A DNA stretch of 63,999 bases, the filler included, from Planctomycetota bacterium (GTDB lineage: Bacteria; Planctomycetota; Planctomycetia; JALXBF01): the NCBI GenBank assembly GCA_026991575.1. It is 5 parts of 5 records of this genome, joined end to end, with 100 filler letters (N's around TTAATTAATTAA, not from the genome) between each part and the next. Parts side by side here need not be neighbours in the genome. Positions count along the whole stretch, not along the records: positions 24,436 to 48,729 come from JALXBF010000042.1; 4 more parts are not named here. One strand, 5' to 3'. Positions 32,921 through 45,336 of the stretch are shown here, one piece after another. The notes under the pieces were generated by a model. It ran no database searches, had not been told where the DNA came from, and saw nothing but the letters and a program-made list of their open reading frames with translations. The translations under genes were made by a program, and so were the position numbers. The stretch's first letter is position 1, and each line of letters begins with the position of its first letter.

Positions 32921-33808
32921 CTACGGTGCTTGTTTCCGGCGGCTGGCACCACGCTTGACCACGCGGTTCTTCAGCACACCAACGCCTTCAAGCTCAACTT
33001 CGAGCACATCCCCAGGTTTGATCGCCTCAGTCTGGCCCGGTGTTCCCGTGAAGATCACGTCGCCGGGCTTCAGCGTGATGTGGCGGCTGATCCAGCTGAC
33101 AATCTCATACACGTTGTGCACCATGTTCTTGGTGCTCTCCTTTTGTTTCACCACGCCGTTGTGCCGTAGCTGGAGCGTTAGGTTCATGTAATCCAGACCG
33201 CTGACCACAAACGGGCCGATCGGGCCGAACGTGTCTGAGCCTTTGGCCCGCCACCATTGGATGTCGTTTTCCTGCCAGTCGCGGGCGGAAATGTCGTTGC
33301 CGCAGGTCACGCCCAGGATGACGTCACGAGCCTGTTCGGGCGTTACGTTCTTGGCACGTTTCTTGATCACAATCACCAGCTCCGCTTCGAAGTGGACCTC
33401 CTTTGTCCCCGGCGGGATGACCACGGCTGCCCCGGTCGGGATCAGGCACGTCGGCGACTTGAAGAAGATCTCAGGGTGCTTTGCAGGCGGACGCTCACCT
33501 GCCAGATGGCTGACATAGTTGCCTGCCACGGCGAGGACCTTCACGCGCCGCCGCGTGGGTACGAGCAGCGTGACGTCGCTGAGGCGATGAGTGCGGTCCG
33601 TCAATGTGTACGATCCGAACGGTGCGTTCGATATTTCCCGAACGTGGTCGCCTTCGACCACACCCCATGCGATCCGGTTCCCCACGCGGAACTTCGCGTA
33701 CTTGACCACCTTCTGGCCCTGCTCATCGGCTGCCGCGGCCGGGATGCGCGGTAAGCCGAGCAGGATGGCGGCTAAGAGCGTCGCCAGCTGGAGAATCTGA
33801 CCCTTCAT
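32921..33808 (-). CDS. Fumarylacetoacetate hydrolase family protein with N-terminal signal peptide
   Basis: GNY..H, PEIFFK, HFEAEL, NDISARDWQ, AKGSDTFGPIGP, GDVIFTGTP; leader MKGQILQLATLLAAILLGLPRIPAAAA. Confidence 0.9.
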   Translation of the reverse strand: MKGQILQLATLLAAILLGLPRIPAAAADEQGQKVVKYAKFRVGNRIAWGVVEGDHVREISNAPFGSYTLTDRTHRLSDVTLLVPTRRRVKVLAVAGNYVSHLAGERPPAKHPEIFFKSPTCLIPTGAAVVIPPGTKEVHFEAELVIVIKKRAKNVTPEQARDVILGVTCGNDISARDWQENDIQWWRAKGSDTFGPIGPFVVSGLDYMNLTLQLRHNGVVKQKESTKNMVHNVYEIVSWISRHITLKPGDVIFTGTPGQTEAIKPGDVLEVELEGVGVLKNRVVKRGASRRKQAP

Positions 33809-33911
33809 GATGCAACTCCCGTTGTGTCTGGTCCGATACTCAGCGACACACACACGCCCTTATTGTGCCACAGCCGCGCCGTGCGTGCAGGCAGTCGGGT
33901 CGGCGTCCGGC

Positions 33912-35498
33912 CTACTCCCACTCAATCGTGGACGGCGGTTTCGTGCTGATGTCGTAGACCACTCGGTTGACGCCCCGCACCCTGTTGATGATCTGCGTGG
34001 AGACGCGAGCGAGAAGTTCGTAGGGCAGTCGAACCCAGTCGGCTGTCATGAAATCGTCGGTGACCACGGCGCGTAGACCGACGACGTTGGCATAGGTCCG
34101 GTAATCGCCCATGACACCGACGGTCTGGACCGGGAGCAACACGGCAAACGCTTGGGAGATGGACCGGTACAGGCCGGCGCGTTTGATTTCCTCGATGAAA
34201 ATCGCATCTGCTTCGCGCAGCGTTTCCAGCCGTTCTTCCGTTACCTCACCCAGGCACCTAACGGCAAGCCCGGGACCGGGGAAGGGGTGCCGCCAGACGA
34301 TCTCCTCAGGCAACCCGAGTTTCTCGCCGATGCGTCGCACCTCGTCCTTGAACAGGTCGCGCAACGGCTCGATCAGCTCAAACTGAAGTTCTTCCGGCAA
34401 GGCACCTACGTTGTGATGAGTCTTGATCGTCACGGCGGGGCCATCGACCGCTCCGCCGCTTTCGATCACGTCCGGGTAGAGCGTGCCCTGGGCAAGGAAA
34501 CGGGCATCAGGGATCGACTCGGCCTCGCGGCTGAAGACCTCGATGAACTTGTGGCCGATGATGTGCCGTTTCTGTTGGGGGTCGGTGACGCCGCGGAGCG
34601 CATCGAGAAACACGCGGCGGGCATCAACCACGCGAAGCTCAATGTGAAAGTGTTCCCGGAACGTAGCTTCCACCGTTTCCCGCTCTCCCTTGCGCAGCAG
34701 GCCGTTGTCCACGAAGATGCACACCAGCCGGTCACCGATCGCCTTGTGTACCAGCGCGGCGGTGACGGCCGAATCGACTCCGCCGGACAGCCCGCAGATG
34801 ACGCGGGCACGACCGACGCGGCGGCGGATCTGCTCGACTGCCTGCTCAATGAACGACTCAGCCTGCCACAGCCCGTGGCAGCCGCAGATGCGGTACAGGA
34901 AATTGCGGAGGATCTGCGCGCCATGCTCCGTATGGTTCACCTCGGGATGAAACTGCAGGCCCCAGACCGGCAACTTCCGGTGCCGCACTGCCGCCACCGG
35001 GCAGTGCTCCGTGCTGGCCAGCGGCTGCCAGTCGTCCGGCAAGCGGACGACCTGGTCGCCGTGGCTCATCCAGACGACGAACTCCCGGGGCAGGTCAGCA
35101 AAGAGCGGATCGTCGCGGTCGACATGCAGACGCGTGCGACCGTACTCGTGGGCGTCGCCTGGGTGGACGTCGGCGCCGAGTAGGTAGCAGGCCAGCTGCA
35201 TCCCGTAACAAATGCCGAGCACGGGAATCCCCAGCCGGAGCAGTTCGGCAGCACAGCGCGGGCTCGTCGGTTCGTAGACCGAAGCGGGCCCACCTGAGAG
35301 GATGAGGCCTCGCGGCGCCAGTGCCCTCACCCGCTCGACCGGCAGGTCATGGCGGACAATCTCGCAGTAAACCTGCTGCTCGCGCACGCGGCGCGCAATG
35401 AGCTGCGAGTACTGCGAGCCAAAGTCAACGACCAGGACACGCTCGGCTTTGGGATCCGGCTGGACTGGAGCCACCAACGAGTTCCCCGCGTCGTGCAC
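33912..35498 (-). CDS. guaA: GMP synthase (glutamine-hydrolysing); start approximate
   Basis: [65 protein letters not shown]. Confidence 0.97.
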   Translation of the reverse strand: MHDAGNSLVAPVQPDPKAERVLVVDFGSQYSQLIARRVREQQVYCEIVRHDLPVERVRALAPRGLILSGGPASVYEPTSPRCAAELLRLGIPVLGICYGMQLACYLLGADVHPGDAHEYGRTRLHVDRDDPLFADLPREFVVWMSHGDQVVRLPDDWQPLASTEHCPVAAVRHRKLPVWGLQFHPEVNHTEHGAQILRNFLYRICGCHGLWQAESFIEQAVEQIRRRVGRARVICGLSGGVDSAVTAALVHKAIGDRLVCIFVDNGLLRKGERETVEATFREHFHIELRVVDARRVFLDALRGVTDPQQKRHIIGHKFIEVFSREAESIPDARFLAQGTLYPDVIESGGAVDGPAVTIKTHHNVGALPEELQFELIEPLRDLFKDEVRRIGEKLGLPEEIVWRHPFPGPGLAVRCLGEVTEERLETLREADAIFIEEIKRAGLYRSISQAFAVLLPVQTVGVMGDYRTYANVVGLRAVVTDDFMTADWVRLPYELLARVSTQIINRVRGVNRVVYDISTKPPSTIEWE

Positions 35499-35704
35499 CA
35501 AACCCTCACCTTGCCAACAGGAACGCTCAATTGTGGTGGTCAGAGCGGTACCGAGCAAGTGGCCGACAAAGCCGTGGCGGGAAACCCAGACGCCGATAGC
35601 CTCGTCCAAGCAACGCAATCGGCCTCCGGGGAACGAGGGCCGAGGCCTGATCGGCGCAGGGTTAGGGACCGGCCCCACACGGACGGAAGCGCCCCGGACG
35701 GTGC

Positions 35705-36187
35705 TCAAAGCCGCGCCACGATCAGGCGGGCACGGGTACGCTGACCGCGTTTGACCCAGAAATAGGCGTGGTACACGTTCACAAGGGGCACGATGCGGAC
35801 ATCGCCCGGTTTGACTTTAGCCAGGGACACGGGCTGGCCGCTGTCCACCTCAAGCCCACCCAGGAATAGCACGCCTGGTCCGTAACACTCGGCCGCGACG
35901 AGGAAATCACTGAGGGCTTGCTTGGTAGGATGGCGCAGGAACGTGCTGCGGCGATCCTCGTCAGGGGCCCCGGTCCAGGAGCGAACGATCTCGAATGCGA
36001 CACCGGAGCCGACGAAACGGAGCCCCTCGGGAGGCTCAGCGGCTGCCTGTGGCGAGACCACGAAGGCGGCGTTGCAGAACCGGCACTGAACTTCTTGTCC
36101 GACAAACTGTAGCGGAATGCGCAGCTCCCGACCGCATGCCGGACAGATTCTCAGGATGCGATCGGGCCGGTTCGTCGTCACTGTCAT
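35705..36187 (-). CDS. Hypothetical protein with N-terminal zinc ribbon
   Basis: CPACG...VQCRFC motif; GGAG RBS before ATG 36187. Confidence 0.6.
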   Translation of the reverse strand: MTVTTNRPDRILRICPACGRELRIPLQFVGQEVQCRFCNAAFVVSPQAAAEPPEGLRFVGSGVAFEIVRSWTGAPDEDRRSTFLRHPTKQALSDFLVAAECYGPGVLFLGGLEVDSGQPVSLAKVKPGDVRIVPLVNVYHAYFWVKRGQRTRARLIVARL

Positions 36188-36296
36188 GGATGGCTCCAAC
36201 CGACTGGTGGCTGCTCGAGCAAGGGACATCCGCCACGTGTTCCCTACCACTATAGCTGCTCGCGTCCCGGCGCACAGCAGCACTGCCGCTCTAGCT

Positions 36297-36340
36297 TTCC
36301 GATCGCTCTTGACACGCCGGTAAAATTCCGTGCAAAGAAT
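36297..36340 (+). promoter_or_regulatory. AT-rich promoter region of tRNA-Asp
   Basis: Contains TTGACA (36309), TAAAAT (36321) and AAGAAT (36335), but no single canonically spaced consensus pair. Confidence 0.35.
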
Positions 36341-36360
36341 AGGCGTCGCACCTGTGACGC

Positions 36361-36434
36361 GGGGCCGTAGCTCAATTGGTCAGAGCACCGGACTGTCGAT
36401 CCGGAGGTTGCGGGTTCGAGTCCCGTCGGCCTCG
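36361..36434 (+). tRNA. tRNA-Asp (GTC), CCA not encoded
   Basis: Acceptor GGGGCCG/CGGCCTC with G discriminator, D-arm GCTC..GAGC, anticodon stem CCGGA/TCCGG with loop CTGTCGA, T-loop GGTTCGAGTCC; followed by CTTTTTT. Confidence 0.97.
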
Positions 36435-36819
36435 CTTTTTTCATGCGCCTCGGACAGACGCTAGGCGGCTGTTGCCGCCAGCACTGCCTGTGCCCGGGCC
36501 TTCGCGACGACCCGGCCAGCAGACATGCCGGTGCAGCCGAGTGGGAGACAGCGCTGGCTGGCGGTCCGAAGGCGGCAGCGTGCCCGGGACAGTTCCGGCC
36601 GGTTCTCGATCCGGCGCCAGGCGGTATGATGTGGTGGCTCGAGGAGGGTTCATGTCGGCCGGGAGGGAGCGGGTGGTCTGCGGGCTCGATGTAGAGCTAC
36701 GGCTTCCCTGCAGCTTCGACGAGGCGAACCGACCGACGCACGCGGACCGCTGGGACAACTGCTGACGCGGGCTGCTACGATAGGAAGCGAGCCAGGGGAA
36801 CGTTCCGAGAGGCATTCCG

Positions 36820-38268
36820 GTGGACGGCTCTTCGCAGTATCGAGTGCTCATCGTTGACGACGAGCCGACGATCTGCTGGGCGCTGGAGCGCATCCTGCGC
36901 AGGGAAGGCTACCGGACCGAGGTGGCTGCCAATGCGCGCAGTGCGCTGGAGAAGGCTGCTGCGCGCGCTCCGGACGTCGTCATCATGGACGTTCGGCTGC
37001 CGGACGGGGACGGTATCGAAGTGCTCGATCGGATTCGTCAGGCCACCGGCTCGGAATTGCCCGCAGTGGTCGTCACCGCCTTCGGCGATATGGAAACGGC
37101 CGTGCGAGCGGTCGATCGTGGGGCACTGGAGTATTTGTGCAAACCGTTCGAGCCGGAACAGATCGTTGAAGCGGTCGCGCGCGCGGTACGGAGCCGGCCC
37201 GAGGTGTCGGCTATCTCCGACGCCGGTCCGCCGGAGCTGGCCGACTCCGAGCAAGAAATGCCACTGCTGGGCAGGTCGGCGGCCATGCAGCGGGTCTTCA
37301 AGAAGATCGCACTGGCTGCCACCTGCGACCTGCCCGTGTTGATCACGGGCGAGAGTGGCACGGGCAAAGAGCTGGCGGCTCGAGCGATTCATCGCTACGG
37401 CAAGCGGCGGGGGCCGTTCGTGCCGGTTTGTCTGCCGGCTCTGAATCCGTCGCTGGTTGAGAGCGAGTTATTCGGGCATGTCAAAGGGGCGTTCACGGGT
37501 GCCATCAGCGACAAACCCGGGCTGTTCGAACTGGCCGACGGTGGCACGCTGTTCCTGGATGAGATTGCCGACATCCCAACCGGCATCCAGGCCAAGCTGC
37601 TCCGTGTGCTGGAAACCCAGCAGGTGTATCGCGTTGGTGCCGTGACGCCGCGGACCGTTCGGACCAGGATCATCGCAGCTACGAATCGCCGGCTTACGCG
37701 CATGGTTCGCCGGAAGCAATTCCGGCTTGATCTTTACTATCGGCTCTCGGCTCTGCACATCGCGATGCCTCCGCTGCGCAAGCGGGTCGAGGATATCCCG
37801 CTGCTTGCGGAGTACTTTCTGGCTCGGTACCAGCAGGCCAGCGGTGGCAGGTTGTACTGGGCCGAAGAGACGATGGCGGCGTTGAGGGCACGGTCCTGGC
37901 CTGGCAACGTGCGTGAGCTTCGGCATGCTGTGGAGTATGCTGCGGTGCAGGCCCGTGGGGGGCCGATCCTGCCACGCCACTTGCCTCCGGAGCGGACCGG
38001 CGGCAGCGCCGGGCAGCGGCGGCCCAAGCGGAGCCTGTGTGACCAGCTCTACGACTGGGGGCGTCAGGTGGCCGAGCAGGCGTTGCAGCAGATGGCCGAC
38101 GGTGGTTCGGGGCCGGAGCCGCCGCTGTATGAGCTGTTCGTGGCCGGGTACGAACGGGCGTTTCTGCGGGGGGTGGTTGACGCCTGCGGGGGGAACCTGA
38201 CGCAGGCGGCCCGGTTGCTGGGAATGCACCGCGCGACGCTGCGCAGCAGGTTGAAGAGGGCACGGTAG
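36820..38268 (+). CDS. Sigma54-dependent NtrC-family response regulator (REC-AAA-Fis HTH)
   Basis: VLIVDDE, DVRLPD, KPF; GESGTGKE, ESELFGHVKGAFTGA, LFLDEI, RIIAATN, WPGNVREL; GNLTQAARLLG. Confidence 0.95.
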   Translation: MDGSSQYRVLIVDDEPTICWALERILRREGYRTEVAANARSALEKAAARAPDVVIMDVRLPDGDGIEVLDRIRQATGSELPAVVVTAFGDMETAVRAVDRGALEYLCKPFEPEQIVEAVARAVRSRPEVSAISDAGPPELADSEQEMPLLGRSAAMQRVFKKIALAATCDLPVLITGESGTGKELAARAIHRYGKRRGPFVPVCLPALNPSLVESELFGHVKGAFTGAISDKPGLFELADGGTLFLDEIADIPTGIQAKLLRVLETQQVYRVGAVTPRTVRTRIIAATNRRLTRMVRRKQFRLDLYYRLSALHIAMPPLRKRVEDIPLLAEYFLARYQQASGGRLYWAEETMAALRARSWPGNVRELRHAVEYAAVQARGGPILPRHLPPERTGGSAGQRRPKRSLCDQLYDWGRQVAEQALQQMADGGSGPEPPLYELFVAGYERAFLRGVVDACGGNLTQAARLLGMHRATLRSRLKRAR

Positions 38269-38269
38269 C

Positions 38270-39637
38270 TCAAGTGCCGGTGGCCAGCAGCACCAGGTGG
38301 GCAACCGTGATCAGCACGACGGTGGAGACCACGTCCATGATACTGGCCACGAACGGGCTAGATGCAATGCCCGGGTCGAGTTTCAGGGAACTGAGCACCA
38401 GGGGCATCAGCGAACCGATGAGCGTGCCGCAGAGCACGACGGCGGCAAGCGTGGAGGCAACCACCGGGACCAGCTCAAGTGCCGTGTCTGTCTCAAATAG
38501 CGCTTCGGCCACGGCAAGCGCGCCGAGAAGCAAGCCGAGCAGGATGCCCATCAGCGACTCGCGCCACAGCACGCGCCACCAGTCGCGCGGGCCGATTTCA
38601 CCCAGGGCCAGCGCGCGCGTGATCAGCGTCGCTGACTGACTGCCCGAATTCCCCCCGCTGGACATGATCAACGGCAAGAACGCGTACAGCAGAAACAGTT
38701 GTCGAAACACTTCGCTGCCCCAGGCCAGAATGTGCCGCGTGCCGAGTTCGGCGACGAACAGGATCGTCAGCCACACGCCGCGCTTCCAGGCAATATGCAC
38801 CAGGCTTGAGTCCATGTAGCTTTCCGTCAGCGGTTCCACGCCACCTAGCCGGTGCACGTCCTCAGTGGCCGCTTCCACCAGCACGTCCATCACGTCGTCG
38901 TGCGTGACGATGCCCACGAGTCGTCCGTCGGCATCGACCACAGGCAGGGCGATGAAGTCGTACCGCGCCAGCGTCCGTGCGGCAACTTCCTTGTCCTCGT
39001 CCACGCGGACGCTGATGACGTCACGTGTCATCAGATCACGCAGACGCGTCTGAGGGCGTGCCAGGATGAGCTGCCGGAGGCTGACCACGCCGCGCAGCCT
39101 GCGGTCCTGATCGACGACGTAGATGTAATAGATCGTCTCGCGGTCCGGCGCCAGCAGGCGCAGCCGCGCCAGCGCCTCGCCCGCCGTCGTCTCCTCGGGC
39201 AAGGCGACGTAATCGGTGGTCATGACCGCACCGACCGAGTCCTCCGGGTACTGCAGCAGGCGGCGGATGTCTTCTCGCTCAGCCCGAGCGACCAGGGGCA
39301 GAATCGCCTCCCGCAGCTCGCTGTCCAGACTCTTCAACAGATCGACCCGGTCGTCCGGGTCCATGGCCTCAATGATCGCTGCCATTCGTTCCCGCGGAGC
39401 GACCTCGATCATGCGGTGCTGGTATGCTTCGGGCAGGTACTGGAAGATCTCGGCCTGGCGTTGAGGACTGGCGTGAGCAAGCACTTGCCAGGCCTGCTCC
39501 GGACGAAGCGTCACCAGGATGTCGGCGACCGTCGCCGGGTGCAACGCCTCGCAAAACTCGCGCAGCCCGACCGTGTCGCCAGCTTCCAGCATTTCGCGCA
39601 GATCAGGAGCCAGGAGGTTCTGTACGTCGATAGCCAT
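38270..39637 (-). CDS. mgtE: Magnesium transporter MgtE
   Basis: MgtE N domain, CBS pair (YYIYVVD, LPVVD..GRLVGIVTHDD), GGNSGSQS, LDPGIASSPF. Confidence 0.95.
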   Translation of the reverse strand: MAIDVQNLLAPDLREMLEAGDTVGLREFCEALHPATVADILVTLRPEQAWQVLAHASPQRQAEIFQYLPEAYQHRMIEVAPRERMAAIIEAMDPDDRVDLLKSLDSELREAILPLVARAEREDIRRLLQYPEDSVGAVMTTDYVALPEETTAGEALARLRLLAPDRETIYYIYVVDQDRRLRGVVSLRQLILARPQTRLRDLMTRDVISVRVDEDKEVAARTLARYDFIALPVVDADGRLVGIVTHDDVMDVLVEAATEDVHRLGGVEPLTESYMDSSLVHIAWKRGVWLTILFVAELGTRHILAWGSEVFRQLFLLYAFLPLIMSSGGNSGSQSATLITRALALGEIGPRDWWRVLWRESLMGILLGLLLGALAVAEALFETDTALELVPVVASTLAAVVLCGTLIGSLMPLVLSSLKLDPGIASSPFVASIMDVVSTVVLITVAHLVLLATGT

Positions 39638-39812
39638 GTTCTCGATCCCGCATCAAGGTCGGGCCTACAAGTCGGCGAAGAGTTGCTCCGGCGACAGTGC
39701 TCAGTACCACCGGTTCGCGAATACCTGGACCAACACCACGCCGGGGGTGCCGACCGAATGGCTAGCCGGTGCAAGGCACACAGTCCGGTCGGTTAGCAGC
39801 CGGCACGGTGGA

Positions 39813-41786
39813 TCAGTCCCCCAGAGCGTCGTCCGGGTTGAGATAAGTGTAGGCTTGACCCAGTTCGTCGTACTCGTCCACGATGCGCTTTGCCTGGCCG
39901 TCCTGCAGTTTGCCCATGGCACGCTGTTCGGCCACGGTTGCCAGCAGTCGCTTGCGCAGCTGGTCCGGGTCATAACCTGCCTCCTGCAGCACGTCACGCA
40001 CCGTCTCGCCGCCACGAAGGTGGCTGATCCTGAAACCGTCCTCCTCAATCCAGACTTCCGCCTCGTTGACCCTGCCCAGCAGATTGTGCCGGCTGCCCAT
40101 GACCTCCTGGTACGCTCCCACCAGCAGCACGGCGATATAGTACGGTTCGCCCTTGCGCAGCGGGTGGACCTCCAGGATCTCCTTGACGTCGTGCAGGTCG
40201 ACGAAGCGATCGATCACGCCATCGGAGTCGCAGGTCAGATCGCAGAAGGTGGCGTACTCGGAGGGGCGTTCCAGGAGCCGATGGATCGGCATGACCGGGA
40301 AGAGGTGGTCAATGGCCCAGCTGTCGGGCACGGAGCTGAACACCGAGAAGTTAGCCAGGTAGCGGGCTGCCAACAGCTTCCGAAGCCGCAGGAACTCCTC
40401 CGGCACATGCTTCCGCCGCCGAGCCAACAGCTCCGCCTTCTCACACACGTCCCAGAAGAACACTTCGCCTTTAGCACGCTGTTCGAGCGTGATGAGGCCG
40501 AGGTCAAAGAGCGTGAAAAGCTCCTCACGCAGCTCGATCGCATCGTGGAAGTATTCGACGTAGTTTTTTAGCGAGATATGCCGGTTCAGGTCGGCCAGCT
40601 CCTCGATCACCTGCGGGTCTTCCTTCGTCAGTGCAAGGGGGGTGACCTCTTCGACGACCGTTTCGATCTCGTCCTGGATGTTCGTCACGAGCAAGGCGTG
40701 GTGTGCGGTAAGCACCCGGCCACTTTCTGTGACGATGTCCGGATGCGGCACCCCTTCGTCATCGCAGACGAGCTGCGTGTGGTACACGATCGCGTTGGCG
40801 TACTCCTGCATGCTGTAGTTTGCCGAGGAAGCGAACGACGTGCGTGAGCCGTCATAATCGACCGCCAGGCCACCACCTACGTCGATGTAACGGATCGGCA
40901 CCCCCATCTTGTACAGCTTCGCATACACGCGAGCCGCTTCCTTCACGGCCGCCTTGATCCGCTTGATGTCCGTTAGCTGCGATCCGATGTGAAAGTGCAG
41001 CAGACGGAGATTGTCCAGCAGGCCGGCTTCGCGGCAGCGACGGACGACCTCAAGTACTTCGGTTGTCGTCAGCCCGAATTTGGCCCCCTCGCCCCCCGAA
41101 TGCTCCCAGCGACCCGAGCCGCGCGCGTGCAGCTTGACACGCATGCCCAGCATCGGCGCTGCGGCATCGGCCCGGGCTCGGCAGCGGCAGTAGTGGGCCA
41201 GCTCGCTGAGCTTCTCGATGACGACCACCACATTCTTGCCCAGTCGTGCCGCCAGGAACGCCAGACGCATGAAGTCCTGGTCCTTGAACCCGTTCAGCAC
41301 AAGCAGCGACCGGGGAGTCTGAGGCAGCGTCAGCGCCGCGTACAGCTCGGCCTTGGAACCGGCCTCTAGGCCCCAGCCATAGCCGGCGGCCGCTTCCAGG
41401 TACGCGCATACCACGCGCCGCCGCTGGTTAACCTTCATCGGATAAACCGCGACGTGCTCCCCCTTGTAGCCGAACTCACCGATCGCTTCAGCGAACGCAG
41501 CCTGGAGCAGGTGCACCTGGCTGTGGATGATCTGGGGGAAACGGAGCAGAACCGGCAGGCTCACGCCTCGAGCGGCGAGCTCCTCGACCACCTCGACCAC
41601 ACTTACCCGCCAGGCGTCGTACGGGGCGGGCCGGACGATAAGCCGGCCCGAGCGGTCGATGTCGAAGTAGCCTGCGCCCCAGGCGTCGACGCCGTAGAGC
41701 TCGGCCACTTCGCGCAGCGTCTCGGCAAGCGTCGCCACGCCGTTTTCGCGTACCGTCGCGGCCAGCCGGTACGTCTCCGAAGCCAT
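39813..41786 (-). CDS. speA: Biosynthetic arginine decarboxylase
   Basis: WGAGYF, VYPMKVNQ (PLP lysine), GLEAGSK, HFHIGSQ, DVGGGLAVDYDG, ESGR, DLTCDSDG, GAYQE. Confidence 0.96.
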   Translation of the reverse strand: MASETYRLAATVRENGVATLAETLREVAELYGVDAWGAGYFDIDRSGRLIVRPAPYDAWRVSVVEVVEELAARGVSLPVLLRFPQIIHSQVHLLQAAFAEAIGEFGYKGEHVAVYPMKVNQRRRVVCAYLEAAAGYGWGLEAGSKAELYAALTLPQTPRSLLVLNGFKDQDFMRLAFLAARLGKNVVVVIEKLSELAHYCRCRARADAAAPMLGMRVKLHARGSGRWEHSGGEGAKFGLTTTEVLEVVRRCREAGLLDNLRLLHFHIGSQLTDIKRIKAAVKEAARVYAKLYKMGVPIRYIDVGGGLAVDYDGSRTSFASSANYSMQEYANAIVYHTQLVCDDEGVPHPDIVTESGRVLTAHHALLVTNIQDEIETVVEEVTPLALTKEDPQVIEELADLNRHISLKNYVEYFHDAIELREELFTLFDLGLITLEQRAKGEVFFWDVCEKAELLARRRKHVPEEFLRLRKLLAARYLANFSVFSSVPDSWAIDHLFPVMPIHRLLERPSEYATFCDLTCDSDGVIDRFVDLHDVKEILEVHPLRKGEPYYIAVLLVGAYQEVMGSRHNLLGRVNEAEVWIEEDGFRISHLRGGETVRDVLQEAGYDPDQLRKRLLATVAEQRAMGKLQDGQAKRIVDEYDELGQAYTYLNPDDALGD

Positions 41787-42003
41787 CAGCTCACCTCGCC
41801 TCGGTCACCACTGCTGCCAACCTCCGCCAGCCCGCGAACTCCCAATTCTACCGGGCCAGTCAGCGCACCGCCCCGAGCGCCGTCGAACGGCCAGACAGCA
41901 TAATTGTGCTATCATGACCGCCCCCAACCGGACCACCTGCGACGCTGCGGCCGGTGCGACTCCAGCCCGAACCCGGTCGCGATGAACCGAACCACGAAAG
42001 GAG

Positions 42004-43056
42004 GTGAGCACCGTGGTAGGTGTTGGCATCGTCGGTATCGGCTTCATGGGCATGACCCACTTTCGAGCGTACCAGAAGGTGCGGGGCGCACGCGTCGTCG
42101 CAATCTGCACACGCAATCCCCGCAAGCTTCAGGGCGACTGGAGCATGATCCGCGGCAACTTCGGTGAGCCGGGTCGGAAGCGCGAGGACCTGACCGGTAT
42201 CAACAAGTACGCCTCCTATGACGAACTGCTGGCAGATCCGAACGTCGACGTCGTGGATATCTGCACCGGCAGCTACCTGCACGCGGACATGGCACTCCAG
42301 GCGCTGCGGGCCGGCAAGCATGTGATCGTCGAAAAGCCGATTGCACTGCGTGTAGAGGATGCCCGCAAGATGGTCCGGCTGGCGGAGAAGCTGGGACGCA
42401 AGCTGCTGGTGGCTCAGGTCCTGCCGTACATTCCCGAGTTTGGCTATGTGCTTGACCTGGTGCGCACCGGCAAGTACGGCAAGCTGCTTGCGGGCCACTT
42501 CCGCCGCGTCATCTCACGGCCCGACTGGTCAGCGGACATCGCCGACCCGGCCAAGAGTGGTGGGCCGGTCGTTGACCTGCACATCCACGACAACCACTTT
42601 ATTGTGCTGCTGTGCGGCCTGCCGCAAGCGGTCTACTCGGTGGGGACGGTCGAAGACGGCGTGATCACGCACGTGGAGACGGCCTATCGCTACGGTGACG
42701 GCGGACCGGCGATCAGCGCAACAAGTGGCTTCCTCGCGCAGAAGGCGTGGGAATTCTCCAGTGGGTTTGAGCTGTACTTCGAGAAGGCGTCCGTCTACTT
42801 CGAAGGTCCACCGCTCAAAGGGGCATGTATGCCACTGACGATCACGGTCAACGGCTCGGTCAAACGACCGAAGCTGAAGGCCACCGGTCCGGAGGATTGG
42901 TTCGCTGCTGAGCTAACCCAGGCGATCCGGGCAATCACGCGGGACGAGGATCCAGGGCCGCTTGATCCCAGGGCGGCCTGCACGGCGCTGGAGATCTGCC
43001 TGCGTGAGCAGGACTCGGTGCGAACCGGCCGTGTCATCCGCATCCGCGGCGTTTGA
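42004..43056 (+). CDS. Gfo/Idh/MocA family oxidoreductase
   Basis: [33 protein letters not shown]. Confidence 0.92.
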   Translation: MSTVVGVGIVGIGFMGMTHFRAYQKVRGARVVAICTRNPRKLQGDWSMIRGNFGEPGRKREDLTGINKYASYDELLADPNVDVVDICTGSYLHADMALQALRAGKHVIVEKPIALRVEDARKMVRLAEKLGRKLLVAQVLPYIPEFGYVLDLVRTGKYGKLLAGHFRRVISRPDWSADIADPAKSGGPVVDLHIHDNHFIVLLCGLPQAVYSVGTVEDGVITHVETAYRYGDGGPAISATSGFLAQKAWEFSSGFELYFEKASVYFEGPPLKGACMPLTITVNGSVKRPKLKATGPEDWFAAELTQAIRAITRDEDPGPLDPRAACTALEICLREQDSVRTGRVIRIRGV

Positions 43057-43137
43057 GCATCCGGCCGCGACGCACGCCCCACGCCGCTGCGTCGGCCATC
43101 GCGTCTGGGCCCACCGCGTCTGCCACCGACGTCTTGC

Positions 43138-43167
43138 TTGACCCCCTGTGCGCCCGGGCGCTAAAAT
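43138..43167 (+). promoter_or_regulatory. Candidate sigma70 promoter of sucCD
   Basis: TTGACC (43138-43143), 18-nt spacer, TAAAAT (43162-43167), 38 nt upstream of the sucC ATG. Confidence 0.55.
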
Positions 43168-43205
43168 CGCGGTGCTTTTCGGAAAGCCAGACCGAGGTTG
43201 CCACG

Positions 43206-44378
<1,173 letters not shown>

Positions 44379-44442
44379 CCGCGCTTGCTGCCAAGCTGCA
44401 GAACGCGTTGCTGAGCGTCGCGCAAGCGGAGCGACTGCGAAG

Positions 44443-45336
44443 ATGGCAATCCTGGTCAACAGCGAAACTCGGGTCATCTGCCAGGGCATTACTGGCAAGG
44501 CTGGCCTGTTCCACTCGGAACAGTGCCTGGCGTACGGCACCAAGCTTGTGGGCGGGGTCACGCCCGGCCGCGGCGGACAGAAGGTCCTGGACGATCGTGT
44601 GCCCGTGTTCAATACGGTGGCCGAGGCGGTGGCCGCCACCGGAGCCGACGCCACCATGATCTTCGTCCCCCCACCCTTTGCAGCCGATGCCATCATCGAA
44701 GCTGCCGAAGCGGGCATCCGGCTTATCGTTGCCATCACCGAAGGCATCCCGGTGCTGGACATGGTGCGCGTCAAGCATGTGCTTGCCCAGTACCCGCAGA
44801 CGCGGCTGATCGGTCCGAACGGCCCCGGCATCATCACGCCGGGACAGTGCAAGATCGGCATCATGCCGGGCTACATCCACCAGCCCGGCTGTGTCGGTGT
44901 CGTCAGCCGCTCCGGGACGCTCACCTACGAGGCCGTCTGGCAGCTTACTAACCTCGGCCTCGGCCAGTCCACCTGCCTGGGACTGGGCGGCGACCCCATC
45001 GTGGGCACGTCGTTTATCGACGCTTTACAGCTGTTCCAGGAGGACCCTCAGACCGAGGCGATCCTGATGATCGGTGAGATCGGGGGCACGGCCGAGGAAC
45101 AGGCTGCAGAGTTCATCAAGGAACACGTCACCAAGCCCGTGGCCGCGTTCATCGCCGGTCGCACCGCGCCGCCCGGCAAGCGCATGGGCCACGCGGGGGC
45201 AATCATCGCAGGCGGCAAAGGGACGGCCGCTGAGAAGATCGCCGCGCTACGCGCGGCAGGCATTGCCGTGGCCGAGAGCCCGGCGGAGATCGGCATTACC
45301 GTCAAGCAAGCACTCGAGGGAGCCGCCAACCGCTAA
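44443..45336 (+). CDS. sucD: Succinyl-CoA synthetase alpha subunit
   Basis: [39 protein letters not shown] (phospho-His). Confidence 0.97.
   Translation: MAILVNSETRVICQGITGKAGLFHSEQCLAYGTKLVGGVTPGRGGQKVLDDRVPVFNTVAEAVAATGADATMIFVPPPFAADAIIEAAEAGIRLIVAITEGIPVLDMVRVKHVLAQYPQTRLIGPNGPGIITPGQCKIGIMPGYIHQPGCVGVVSRSGTLTYEAVWQLTNLGLGQSTCLGLGGDPIVGTSFIDALQLFQEDPQTEAILMIGEIGGTAEEQAAEFIKEHVTKPVAAFIAGRTAPPGKRMGHAGAIIAGGKGTAAEKIAALRAAGIAVAESPAEIGITVKQALEGAANR

Noticed and set aside
31512..33191. Long antisense or alternate-frame ORFs (also 4082-5191, 8075-9214, 39519-40571, 43161-44864)
   Set aside because: They are shadows of well-supported genes on the opposite strand, as expected in high-GC DNA, and show no motifs.
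36361..38268. Genomic island integrated at tRNA-Asp
   Set aside because: No integrase and no duplicated tRNA 3' end were seen; flanking genes look like core genes.
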